A DNA stretch of 64,000 nt from Plasmodiophora brassicae. Taxonomy: Eukaryota. The stretch is taken from the NCBI GenBank assembly GCA_036867785.1, contig CP145409.1, positions 806,001 to 870,000 of the forward strand. The letters are read 5' to 3'. The notes under the pieces are model-generated. The model saw only the letters and a list, made by a program, of their open reading frames with translations, had not been told where the DNA came from and did not search any database. The position numbers and the translations under genes are program-made. This document shows, piece after piece, positions 11,605 through 23,889 of this stretch (its first letter is position 1; each line of letters begins with the position of its first letter).

Positions 11605-12107
11605 AAACACCACCCAGAACGAAGAACAAAGCCGTGCTGATATGCAACTGTAGACCGGAGCCCATTTCTACACAACCAACGAGATCTCGCGGTGCAGGCT
11701 ACCCTGCCCCGCCAAGGCCACAGGGCCTAAATGTTATGGGTGCCCGACAGCCCAGTAAGTGTCGTTTAGGAGTTTTCTTAGGGGATCACTTGAGCACGTT
11801 GGAAGGCGAAGGGGCGCCTGTAAAACAGGTGACCACCTCCCACGTGGGGGTGGATGTCGTCAGTAGTGTAGCCAGATCTACCACAGTGAGGAAGATCAAA
11901 GTCTACGAACCTGTGGGGTGCTCATTGAGCCCTCAGACTCGCCCCGGAGTCGCCAACCTGCGAGATCCCAGCACAAAGGTGACAGGCCGGCACTCCCAGG
12001 CCGGGAGAAGCTGCCGTTCTGGAAGCGATCCTACGGTCCTCGGGCCCGAGACCGAGGCGCCTGCCTGAAAAGCGCGAAACACAAATAAACTAAACTAAAC
12101 TAAACTA
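11605..12107 (+). mobile_element. Putative non-autonomous non-LTR retroposon (SINE-like) with structured RNA body
   Basis: Direct repeat AACCGTCCGA at 11595-11604 and 12108-12117 flanks it; 3' (TAAAC)5 tail; many nested complementary segments; no recognisable coding content. Confidence 0.7.
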
Positions 12108-12110
12108 AAC
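12086..12110 (+). repeat. (TAAAC)5 microsatellite tail
   Basis: taaac taaac taaac taaac taaac, overlapping the right copy of the direct repeat. Confidence 0.97.
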
Positions 12111-12388
12111 CGTCCGACAGCGCCGCGCCACCTGTATAGGGACGCCTTCAGCGCGGTTGCCACCGGTCCCTATACTGTGTGCTGGGGAACCGGCTTACGC
12201 AGCAGTATCTTGAAGGGGCGACGAGTCACGTCTGGCTGTGATCGTTGTTTCCAGAGTCGTCATGAGACCGTGAATGGCACGAGAAACATCTCGGTGAGGC
12301 GATAGACCTGACGCCAAACACGTAAGGCGCGATCGATGGTACGGTTCAGTCATCCGTTGTTCAACGTGGGTGGTCGTGGACGGGAATC

Positions 12389-15300
12389 ATGTTCGCGAAT
12401 ATCATGTGGCTGGCCGTGTTGATTGGTATGTCAACGTCTGCGAAGATTGCGGATCAGCCGTGCCTTACTGACGGTTCACGTGATTAGCCAGCGCTGCCAG
12501 GACCGACCTGTTCTCGTCCATCTTCGCGGCGGTGCTCGTCGTCCCTGTGATCAGGAAACTCATCATTATGAACGACCTGATCAACCAGGAGCGACAGAAT
12601 TGGCTTCGGCATTGCACTGATATCAGTCTTGTTCTGCATGTTTCGATTGGTATTACAATCTTGCAGATCACGCTACAGGCAGTGGCACTTCTGTTCCCTG
12701 AGAGCGTTCCCGTTATATCTGTCATTGGATACCGAAGGTCCATGGAGCATCTACCGGCAATGCTTGAGCCAGCTGACCTTTGTGCGTGCAGGATCCAGTC
12801 GTGGCTCACCGCTCTTGAAGCTCTCTGGCCTGAACTGATCGTCGTCGTCTCCGCTGTGGCCCGAGTTGCATATCGTCAGGAGCACAGAGGCAGCGATGAA
12901 CGACGCGATATCGGACCCATGGTCCTGAAGTATCTCAATCGGATGGGTCTCGTCGACATTGTCGTGCTAACGCTGCTGATTATTGTCCCTCTGACTAATG
13001 TGTCCTTCGTCGGTATTGTCTACATTGCGCTGTGCATGGCAGGCGTTCTCCGCCTGTCAAGATCGGGTCCTCTGCCAACGGCGCGTGGTTCGCCATTAGC
13101 ACGTGGCTTTGTATGCGCCGTTATCGCTCACCTCCTCTTACTTCGGTTTCTATCACTTTTGCCACCCGTTCCCGTCATCACGCTACTGTTCGGCAAGATG
13201 CCGTCCAGCGTGATCACGTCGCTACTCCAGGCGGTCCTCGTCTACTTGTCGACTAACGCGGGTGTCGTCGACATCAGTGAAACCAGTGATGATGCTGATA
13301 CGATGTACATCCCTATTCCAAGTGAAGCACCGCCGCTGAAGAACATACCAGCAGAACCGGCCATCGCGTCAGCGAAGCGACATGTCGGATCTCTAGGTGT
13401 GTACGCCCTGCGTTTACCTGAAGTAACGCTCTTTTGAATATCGTTCCTGCAGGATGGGCACTAATCTTGATCATGGGCGTATCGCTACGATCGGTTCCAG
13501 GCACGTTTCTGATGTGTATTGGATCAGTGTCTCTTGTCATCCAGTCGCATCGCGCCGCTCTTGGTGTCATCGCGGTCGCATTCTTGCAGGTGGGCGCCGA
13601 GTACATCTGCCTGAGCGCCGTTGAGGATCACACATCCGTTGCTGTGCATGGCCTATCGGGTACTTCGTTGCCTGCACTCGTCTTGCACATCGTTGTGATT
13701 GGGTTCTTTTCATCGACGACTTATGTTTCCCGTAATGCTCCGTTGAGAGACCCGCAGCGTTATGCGCCCAACCCAGTCGTCGTCAAGGCGGCAAGGTACG
13801 TTCAGGCCGCCCTCGCTCCCATCTCCTCGCTGTCCATAATCATCCTTGGCGTGCAACATGCGACATTGTTTCACGCCGTCTTCGTCGCGATTGGCGTGTT
13901 CGCTATAGCATCGCCATGTCGGACGGCATGCTTCTGGCGGTCCTGTGTTGTCATCCCCATTACCATCGCGTTATTCGCATACACCGTCAACGATATCGTT
14001 GTCATGTTCGACGTCACTCTGTCGGATTGGATCTGGATCACGACGGTCTACGCGACCAGCATCATGCGATTGCACGTTCTGCATTACAATGACAACGACA
14101 ATACGACACTCCTGCTGGGGCGATCTGGCGCCGCATTGTTCGGTGAACTAGGAGGCATTGCCTGTGACGCAACCGCCATAATCATCGCTGCCACCCACGA
14201 TGCATCGCTGGTCTTGGCCGTCCAGCTCCTGTTCGCCGTTTTACACGTTGTCCTGCGTGTCTCGTTGACACGTCGCCGCCTATACCTGATCTGGGTCATA
14301 GCCGCACCGCTCTCGATCTGCGCGTTCCTCCTGCAATTCGCATTCCAGCTGCGCGTCATATCGACAACAACATCTTCCCTTTGGCGGCGATTTCCAAGTT
14401 TGTTCAAGTTTATCGGTATCGTTCCCATCAATGAAAGCAACTTACCCGCTGCTCTTCTCCCGATGATCGGCATGGGCGCCTTACAACTTCATTATCTTCG
14501 TCTTGTTACGTCAACGACACGGCTTGAAAACAATGAAGACCTGGTCCTGGTTCGTCAGAAGTTATCGGGGTTTGTGTCGCGATGGGTGGCGCCCATGTTT
14601 CGTAATGTGTCCACGACGCTGCTGTTCATGGTGTCGCTTCTGGATCCAACCCTGACCTCGGCCATGCTGTCTCTGTTCGCGCTGAAGGTTCTGCTGGTTG
14701 GCTCCGGGGGCGAACGCATCTTGGTCTCGGTTTGCATGTTGGATATCCTCCTAGTCTATGGGTTCCATCTTGTGTTAGTCGTCATGAACGTCAACGCGAC
14801 ATTGTACTTGGTCTTGTCCTGGGTTGGCTTGTCATCCCTTGCCGTCCCACTAATCGCGTTCTCCATCGTAACCATCCAGATCGTATGCGACCGCGTCTAC
14901 AACGACATGCAGTGGCGGCAAGCGTTCTCGATCGACACGATCTTGGCGCTGGTAACTCGCGGCAACATGCTTGAGGTGACTTTGGTCATTCTGGTCACCT
15001 GTGCCATCCTGCAACGGCGCACGCTTCTGGGTTGCATTAACGTTGCCATTGTGGCCATTATAATGCGAGTCGGTCGAATCGGGGCCCCTCGCGTATTTCC
15101 TGTGCTGACCTGGTTCTGGGCCATATTGTTGTGGGCGCGCTGGGTGCTCGCGTCGGCCCAAACATTTCTTCCACCCGATACTATCTCTCCATTGTTGCCA
15201 TGGTCATCATTGCCAGTGGAGGTCCAGCAATGGATCGGTGTCGGTCCAATCACCACCAAGGACTGGACCGTCCAGCTCATCGTTCTCGTGATCGGCACGA

Positions 15301-18300
15301 TACAGAATCGCGCGTTCCGACGCGACGAGCACATCGAGCGAATTGCAGAACAGGTACTGGAGAATCCTGATGCTATCCATCGGCATGCTAAGACTGTTGG
15401 ACAGAATCCCAACCCGAGTGTGCAGTCGAGCCGGTTCATCATGTGGAAGGTGGGGGCACTGAAGATGGTATCGTTAATCGGTCTGGCGATCGTCACCTTC
15501 CTGGCTGTTTCCGCCGAACGCCTGCAAGTATCCGCTCTGGCCTACTGTCTGGTGTCCTTGTACCTCCTCGATCGAAGCACTATCCCACGCCCTGCACGAA
15601 CTGTCGTCTGGACCGCCCTGGCGGGTGCCAACCTTGCTGGTATGGTTGATGTTCCCTTCGAGCGGCTGATAATCATGCATGCTGGTCATAGTGGTGTTTC
15701 TGAAAGTCGCGGCGGCGTGCCCGATGCTGGATCCGTACCGCCCCGTTCTGGACATTGTACTATCGGCGCCTTCGACCTGCGACTTTGTCGTCTTCGTTCT
15801 GGTCGTCGCTCAACGTCGCGCCATCGAACTGGACTTGTTCCGGCATGTGCGCACGTTCGACCGATTCCAGATCCACATGCATCAGACACGGGCGCGCGTT
15901 GCCGCCCATCGGCAATGGCGCCAGCGCAAGCTCGCTCTGATACGTTTGCTGCGAGGGTTCATCATGCGCCAGCGACGGTACATCGAACGGTGGGGCCCAC
16001 GACGCGAAGAACAGCATGACGTCAAGGAAGTCAGCATCCTGAACAAGCTTGTCCGCGCTGGTCTTCTCGATGAACACGAGCACACTGGCTTGGAATCGGT
16101 CGACCAACTCCTGAAACGCATGGACGGCTGGGAGGTGCGCCAATGTCCACTGGTCCGGATCGATGAGTGCTGATGTCTCTTAGGTCGCCTTGTCGGCATC
16201 GGAACCCGCACCAGCGAGGGAGCTCCAGGCGAAGGACGACGATGACGAACACGAGGCGCAGGAAGGATCGGTCCACGATGATGATCATGATGATGATGAG
16301 AAGGAGGATAGTGCTGAGGACCGCCGTCGTTGGACAGCACCGACGTTGGAAGTTCCTTTGCTGGGCAGAGGCGCACGACAGCGGTACCATTCTGTGGCAC
16401 AGGACGCTTTCCAGCCATTGGATTTCGGTGAGCCGTTCTGGGCCGTCGACAACGCACACAGGGTCGACGACAACGAAGAGCCTTCTGGAGACTTCCGCGA
16501 TGAGATTATCCGGAGTGTGCCTCGTGTGGGGGACCTGCCTCCTGACCCGATCCTTGTCCGTTGGGCACGGTGGTTGCGTCGTGACGCCCACGACGAGTTC
16601 GACGTGCATGAATTGCACAGGGACCGCCCCGGCGGACGTACAACGAAGGGTCGCCTGTTCGAGCTGATCAGTGCGCTACTCCATTGGTTCATCGCCCGAG
16701 TCGCCATCTGGTTAGATGCGTCCGATCGATGTTTGACGATTCGCACTCTGACGTACAACTGATTGCAGGGTGCACTTGACGTTTCTTCTGTCGCACGTTG
16801 TTGAGCAGAGCCTGATTTCGCTGGTTTTCCCATTATCATTGTTCCTGTATGGGGTCAGCGCTCGCCGGCCGGTCGAGGAGCGCCGGTTCACGTACTGCAT
16901 GCTGGCGTTCACGGAAACCCTCGTTGTTGTCAAGCTCGCTCTGCGCTTCACGCCCGCCAACATGCGCGTGTTTGCATCCTGGATCTGTGCACTGTTGTAC
17001 CCGCGTCTTGATGACATACCGACGTCCTGGACAGATCTAGCCCTGAACCTTACCGGCGTCCTCCTGCTACTTATCCAGGTGGCTGTTCAGTTATGTGTGG
17101 TATCGCGTTTGAGTTTGACAGGAAACGTGTTCAGAGGTACCGTCTGCTACTGAGGAAGCTCCCTGACGATCGGGTGTCGGCCGAGCAAGCCCCCGAGGAC
17201 GCCGAAACGTCGCTTGTGGCGTTCTTTGGGCGCCTGCGTATTCAGTTCGCGGAGACTGGCACAGACCTGTACACGCCCATCTTCACGCTCGACTTCCTTT
17301 GCTTCATCTACATTGCATACCTGTATGGACGGCTGTCTGGGAACCCGAACAGCAACATTGTCCATTCCCTGATTTCGAACCAAGTCCCGCTGTATGTCAT
17401 GTGGGTCTACTTGGCAGACTGTCATGCTAACCGACGAGTCAGGACGTACTTCCTGTCCATACTGAGCCAGTTCTGCGTCATGATCCTCGATCGAATCGTG
17501 TATATGAGGTCGGATCTGACCGCGAAGGCGATCCTGCAAGGCGTGCACTGCATCGTCTGGCATAGCATCATGCTGACGGGCTATAATTCCGCCGATTCGA
17601 GATCGACAAAGGGGTTCCTCATCGCACTGCACGTCCTGAAATCCGCATACTTCTACGCCAGCGCCTGCCAGATTCGCGATGGATACCCGCCGTTCGCCAA
17701 AGGGCATTTCTTCACCCAGCAGGTATCGTTACCGGCCTACTGGTTCTACGTCGTCTACAGGTCCACACCGTTCCTATTCGAGATTCGTACAATCCTGTAG
17801 GGTTTCCCGTCTCGAGAGTCTGTCCCGTTTCGTAACCGCGCTCGACAGGGACTGGACGTGCACGCCGTCCCCATTGTCGATGTTTGACTGGATGAAGCTG
17901 GAAGACATCTACAGCACGTTGTACATTGCTGAATGCGACTAGTGGGTCCCTGTTCGTTCGGAACCCGACCGTCCATCTGATCAGGTTTGGTACCAGCGCG
18001 AGAAGGCGTCACATGCGTCGTCGTCGTGGTGACATTTACCCAGCGCGGATCAAGGCTGCGATTGGGGCCGCCGTTGTCGTCATCATGTGCCTGATCATTT
18101 GGGGCCCGTTGATGCTGTTCGTCAGTGGATTGTCGACTGAGAACACGTCGATCGTTAGCGATGTGTCGGTCTCGCTATCTGTTCACGGATCGCGACTCTT
18201 CTTCCAGAACGACGTCGATTCGACCCGGAACCTTACCGGGGACGACATCGGACGCCTGTCCAAGGCGCCCTACAATCTCGACATGAGCCGTGCTGGGCAT

Positions 18301-19148
18301 TTCCTGTTCGGTCAGCAGTTGAACGTCGCTGGGAACAGTTCGCTCGTGTGGAACGCCAGCCCCTGGGTCCGGCAGCAACTAGCCGAAAAGGGTCGATTGC
18401 CCATCGACGTCAGCTTCGGGTTCACTCGCGCCGGCGACAATGTTGACACTGTGTTCGCCGCCCACGAACGCGTCCTGGATGATGTCGAGATCAGCTTCCT
18501 GCTGGCCATACTCAACGGAACATCGACATCGATGCGGCTCCCGAGATTGTACCCGTTATTCTTTGCCATGCGACCCGACGGCACTGTCTCCATTGTTGAT
18601 GACGCGTACGCCGACTGCCAGCTGGCCCTGTTGCGAGACAGTGCAACCGGGAGCGATTGGTGGACTTTGACGACGGTCGGCGTCAATGGCGGCCTGCCCC
18701 AAGTTGAAAGCCGACCTGGCATCCTGCTGTACGCCCTGGCCGATGTCGTCCTATGGCAGTCGATCTCGGGTGGGCTCAGCACGACGACGATCATCACTCT
18801 GTAAGGCATTAGCAAGCGCTCTTGTGTCCACCTGGGCTCATTTGATTGCTGTCAAGGTACCTGACGATTGTATTGGCGATCGGGCGGTCGATTCGGTCAA
18901 TGCTGCCGCGAGTGGACCGGATCGTGTACGAGGAGGTGCCAGACGTCGCCGCCGTCAAGGAGCTATGCTGCGACGTGTTCCAGGCGAGGTTCGACGGCGA
19001 CCACGTCCTCGAGGAGGACCTGTTCGCTGAGCTCATCCAGCTATATCGGTCTCCCGAACAGCTTCGACACGTTACCCGACCACGTTTGCCAATGACGAAT
19101 GTCACCACGTGGCCATCCGCCGGCCAGCTCAAACCTAAGGAATCGTAA
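12389..19148 (+). CDS. PIEZO: Piezo mechanosensitive ion channel
   Basis: Very long multi-TM gene; DLY..IF..DF, M.LDRIVY, QIRDGYP, PFEW motif PFLFEIRTILDW, WMKLEDIY, IIWGPL.LF, C-terminal LEEDLFAELIQLYRSPE; ATG 12389 inferred from a first exon followed by a GT-AG intron. Confidence 0.94.
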
Positions 19149-19247
19149 TATACGACGGGCTGGCCGGGTTCCACAGAGACGGTCAGGAACAAGACCTAAC
19201 AGGGTCAGGCAGGCTGCGCCCAAGCAATACTCTGCTGGCGGCGAACG

Positions 19248-21886
19248 ATGGCCTCTGAAGGGGAGCCCAGCGACGACGGCCACAGCGCCATCTTCCGCAA
19301 GCTCCAAGTATTCGAAAGCAGAGCGGTCGGTCAGGGAGCGCGTGTGTGAGTGGCGAGCCCCGCCCTAAGCGCACGATCCATAGTGGTTCGTTGTTGTCGG
19401 CGTTCGCGACGACGTTGGCCGGTACGCCCTGCTGCAGATCGGGCGCAAACAGCCGGAATCGTCTGTGGTGCAGAAGGCAGACGTGTGCACCAAGGCGGAT
19501 GTGCAGGCGCAGATCAATGCCCTATCGACGCCCGACGACCCCGTTAAGCTCCGTTTCCGTGCGGACGCCCTGCTGGGCATCGTGTCGTTCTTCGGCCACT
19601 ACCACATGCTGTTCGTGACGCGTTCCGACCTAACCGCGCGCATTGCCGGCCACCCCATCTACGTCGTTCGCGACACGCTCCTGCTCCCGTTGCCCGATGC
19701 GTCCTGGCAGGCGCAGGTCGCTGGGAACAAGGACGCCGCCCGGTTCCGGCAGCTGTTCCGGGGCGTCGACCTCGCCGCCGGCGACTTCTACTTCAGCTTC
19801 ACGTACGACCTGACGAGGTCCCTGCAGAGCAACACGCTGCGTGCGCATGGGGCGCCGACGGCGCCGCCCTGCACGTACAACGGCGAGTTCGCCTGGAATT
19901 TCTACCTGGCGCAGACCATGCTGGACGCGCTCGACACCGCCAGCGAGTGGATCGTGCCGCTCGTGCACGGGTTCTGCTGCCAGGTCCCACACATCGACGT
20001 CAACGGCCAGTTCGTGGAGGTCACCCTGCTGGCGCGACGTAAGCAATCATCTGTGGTATCCCCACCTGTACCGTGTGCTTAGGACCAGCCCAGGTTCCAG
20101 ACACTGTGCAGGGACAAGGTACAACCGGCGGGGCATGTCCCCGGATGGGCACGTCGCCAACAGCGTCGAGAGCGAGCTGATCGTCGCCGTCAAGACGCGG
20201 GACCGGCTCCACGACCCGCGGGGCCGATCAATGTTCAGTTCGGTGGTGTTCGTTCGCGGGTCGATCCCGCTGTTCTGGTGCCAGATCGACCCGTTCCAGC
20301 CGCGACCCGAGATCCGCATCTCGAAACGGGAGCCGAAGTTCGATACCACCAAAGCGCACTTTGGGAAGATGGCGGCCGATTACGGAACGCCCATCACGGT
20401 CGTCAGCCTGATCAAGAAGAAGGAGACGACGCCGCAGGAGACGGTGGTCGGCACGATGTTTGAGGAAGCGTTGGCCGCATTGGCCGACACGAACCAGTTC
20501 GGGCAGCACGCGCTGCTGTACAAGTCGTATGACCTGTTGCAGGCCAGGGAGCGCCAGGAACCGGTCATCACCGCGCTGACGTCGCTGTTCAGCGGTATGG
20601 AGCTCGCGTTCACGTTCTTCGCGATCGGCGACCTGCCGCACCTGTACCGAACCGGCGATCACCGGGCGCTGGTCCCCGATTCGGTCCAGGCGGGCGTGCT
20701 GCGTGTCAACTGTATCGACTGCCTGGACCGGACGAACATCGCCCAGTTCTGTTTCGCCAAGGTGGTCGTCACGCGCATGCTGTTCGGCATGGACGTCATC
20801 GATGCACCCGACGGGAACCTGTCCGAATGGGCGGGCCTTGACAAGGCGCTGCGGGACATGTTCGTGGAGCATGGCGACCAGATCGCATTGCAGTATGCTG
20901 GGTCGGGCGCCATGCACAAGGACGCCCTGCAGCAGGATGCAGCCGGCCCGGAACAGCACTCCACCCTCGGCAGCATAGGCAACGCCATCACGGCTGTCAG
21001 GAGGTGCTCTTCGTCACGAACGTAATCAAAGAAGCCGCGCCTGACGCTGCCTGCAGGTACTATTCCAATGCGGTCACCGATGCCGAAAAGCAGTACGCCA
21101 TCAACGTGTTCCTTGGGGATATCATGCCCGAGGAGAAGAAGGTGTACCCATGGTGAGTGACCAATGAATTTGGGGGGCATTGGGGCACCGCGACTCAATG
21201 CACCCAATGTAGGGCAGTGCAGGGACCGCCAGCACCGACGGTAGGCGATTGCACGTTGAAGTACGGGAACGTGGCGGATCGATGGGTGGCCGTGTTCACG
21301 CTGCCGAGATCGCCCTATAGTGCCCGGCGGCTCCAGTTCGCCGAGAACTATATGGTCGCCGAGATGACGTCGTTCTTCCAGCTGGACGCCGACTATCGCC
21401 CCGGGATGAAGCCAGCGGCATCGCCCAGGAATACGCCAACGCCACGTCGGCTTTCGGCCAGCGACCTGGGCGGGACCGAATTCTTTGAGAAAACGCTGGC
21501 ACTGGAGCGGTCCCTGAACACGCCCAGTTCGCAGGGGTCGCCGATGGCCGCGGAACAGATGGCCACAGCGGTGACGCCAGCCGTGGCGCGAGCCAGCGCC
21601 ACGCTGGATAACGCTATCCAGCGAATGCAGAGCGGATCGTCGGCGTCGATCCTGTCCCTGGCATACATGCCCCGAATCGATTTCTACGAAAGGTACTGCA
21701 GGCGTTCATCGCGCATGGCTCGCAGTGGTTACAGAAGGCGCTGCCTGTAGGTACGTGGCTCTGGAAGATGTCAGCGACGGCGACGATCCGGACAGCATTG
21801 CGAAATGGAGGCGGGCCACCGAAGAACGTCTAGCCCGGCTCGAGCAGGAGTTGCACACATCGTCAAACCGTCGTGATATGCCTTGA
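19248..21886 (+). CDS. FIG4: SAC-domain phosphoinositide phosphatase, FIG4/SAC3-like
   Basis: FYFSFTYDLTRSLQ, AGTRYNRRG...VANSVESE, RGSIPLFW, catalytic RVNCIDCLDRTN (CX5RT), HGDQIALQYAGS, YYSNAVTDAEKQYAINVFLG. Confidence 0.87.
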
Positions 21887-21924
21887 TTGAGCCGGCACGA
21901 TAAGGGGCGACGGATCGTGCAAGT

Positions 21925-22801
21925 TTAGTGTTGAGTGCCTTTGGCGCGCTTCAGACTTTGTACCAATCTGTCAATGAAAACGTTAAGTGGTCGATCAGCT
22001 TCCAGCAGCACTGCGAAACGTACGCCTGAACTCGCATGTGCTCCGCTTCCTGGGTCTTCCTCTCCATTTGGCGAAGACGCTCAAGACGGAGTACTTCCTC
22101 GTCACGAAGTTGCCCTGAGTCGCCATCCTTGCCGTCGTCTTGATCCTTGTGCCGCGATTTGTGTTTCTTGGAACGCTTGCCCGTCTGCTTGTCGAGCTGT
22201 TTCTGCTCCCATCGCGCCAGGTCGTAGTACTTCTTATGTGGCAGTGTGGCCGTGTTGTAATCCTCCGTGTACTGTGCAAACAGGTCGGCCTCTTCCTTCA
22301 GCGACAGCTCCTCACGGACGACTTCCTTGACGTCGGCCAGCCAGGCGTTGAACTCGTTCGCCTTGGTGAACTTATCAGACGTTCGTATGATTCCGTACCT
22401 GCCGTTCCGGTTAGGAATAGGATTCGTGTTCGCATCGTGCAAGGCGAACGTACTTTCCCCACTGATGGGTCAGCGTTAGCGGCTTGGACGCCCGTTTTCG
22501 CTCCTTCTTCAGCCGTTTCTTCTCTGCCTTGCGCTGACGCTTCTCCTCCTTCCTTCTGCGCCTGCATCACCTCAGTTAACGTTTGGACGACCCAGCCACA
22601 CAAGCCGTGGCCGACTTCTTTTCCCGATACGCTGAAGAATCCGACCCACTGGACGTCGACGACGACGACGACGGTGAACGTGACCGTGATCGTGGCGGAC
22701 GTCTGCACCCGAACGCGCATCAGCCAGCGCCCACTGTGTGTGTACCGTGTTCGCCTGCAGGGGCACACCGACCTCAGCGGCATTGCAGGTGATGAGGACA
22801 T
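21925..22801 (-). CDS. Conserved uncharacterised RS/K-rich protein
   Basis: Spliced reading RSRSRSPSSS..., K/R-rich stretch, then YGIIRTSD..K..EF.AWL..VK...EDYNTATLPHKKYYDL; last exon LVQSLKRAKGTQH-stop; start uncertain. Confidence 0.75.
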
Positions 22802-22938
22802 GGTGCGTCTCGGACGCCGCGGATGGAACGATCTGAATGTCCGTCCAGCCCAGGGCAGAGGCGGGCTCTATCGTTGCGCTGAAGGGGCTTACCGTAATGG
22901 GATTACTCTAGTTTATGGGGGTTAACGACCAGGTCGGG

Positions 22939-23889
22939 TCAGCTTGTCAGCGCGACCGTCTCGAGGGTGGCCTCGTCGGCGGTGTGCTTGGCGACGTTGC
23001 CGTGAATGAGGAGAAGCTGGCCGCGAACGGTCACGGCAACGCCAACGGCGAAGAGAATGGCGTGGAGGATGGAGATGCCGCGGTACTCCTCGAAGAACAC
23101 GAACCCGAGCGTGACCGACCCGATGCACATCGCCGACTGTGATATGGGGATGACGTAGGTCGCCTCGAACTTCTCCAGGCAATCGTTCATCTGACGGATC
23201 TGCCCGAACAGTGTGGCCGCCATCAGTGCACCAGATACGATCATTGCCGTCATCGACGACACGTGCGAGTGCACGATGGCATCCCTCATCATTAGCGACA
23301 GCACCCGAGCCAGCAGCATGTTCGCGGCACCGAGTATGCCAGCTAGAACCGACGATATAAGCTGGCGATGCTCGGCGCTGTACTGTGCGCGTGGCGATGA
23401 CGATCGCGATGCCATCGTTATCATCGCCAGCTCGCGACGCTTCAAGTATGCGAGAAGCGCGACAAATACAACAACGTTCACGATCATATCGGGGCGCTGC
23501 GCCCGCGTGATAATGTGAACGGCGGAGACGTGAGCGTTCCGATAGGAGGAGAACAGAACGGCAAGAACGTTGCCGATTATGATGACGGCTGTGGCGCGGT
23601 AGCAGGCGCTGGTCACCTTCTCACCCAGGATGATCGGGCTCAGGGCGAGGTTCGACAGGAGGGTGACGGCGCCCAGCGGTGCGACAACGCTTTGCGGTAT
23701 CATTGCCAAGGCGATGTAGTCGGTGACGGATCCCAGGCCGAGTACGAGCAGACCGGCGACCCAGGTGCGGTTCCAGTACCGGTGCTCGTGCTGCTGGCCA
23801 TGCGCCAGCTTCTGCAGCAGGAACCCTGCGTTGCACAACACGGACGCTATGATGGACATGCCGATGCCCGCTACGAGTTCCACCTCCAT
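22939..23889 (-). CDS. NIPA-family magnesium transporter (DMT superfamily)
   Basis: G..LQK.AH, W.AGL...LG, ALAMIPQSVVAPLGAVTLL.N, ILGEK, F.AT.V.P, VFFEEY; intronless. Confidence 0.9.
   Translation of the reverse strand: MEVELVAGIGMSIIASVLCNAGFLLQKLAHGQQHEHRYWNRTWVAGLLVLGLGSVTDYIALAMIPQSVVAPLGAVTLLSNLALSPIILGEKVTSACYRATAVIIIGNVLAVLFSSYRNAHVSAVHIITRAQRPDMIVNVVVFVALLAYLKRRELAMITMASRSSSPRAQYSAEHRQLISSVLAGILGAANMLLARVLSLMMRDAIVHSHVSSMTAMIVSGALMAATLFGQIRQMNDCLEKFEATYVIPISQSAMCIGSVTLGFVFFEEYRGISILHAILFAVGVAVTVRGQLLLIHGNVAKHTADEATLETVALTS

Noticed and set aside
11584-11606. Hammerhead-like CTGATGA...GAAA
   Set aside because: The intervening sequence cannot form stem II, and the motif straddles the TSD junction
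11765-11784. Telomere-like TTTAGG/TTAGGGG and a telomerase-RNA hypothesis
   Set aside because: Not tandem, and no 1.5-repeat template on either strand
11833-11853. HDV-like ribozyme L3 (TCCCACGT)
   Set aside because: P3, P1 and P1.1 pairings could not be completed; a simple hairpin explains it
11418-12068. 216-aa ORF overlapping the insertion
   Set aside because: Crosses the element boundary, has no RT, endonuclease or other motif, and looks like a chance frame
12065-12080. Minimal hammerhead-like CTGAAAA-GCGC-GAAAC near the element 3' end
   Set aside because: G8 is replaced by A, breaking the C3-G8 pair, and no stem III/NUH is evident; worth rechecking only in a family consensus
17940-17996. 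Apparent in-frame TAG in Piezo
   Set aside because: A canonical GT-AG intron at 17942-17996 converts it to TAC (Tyr)
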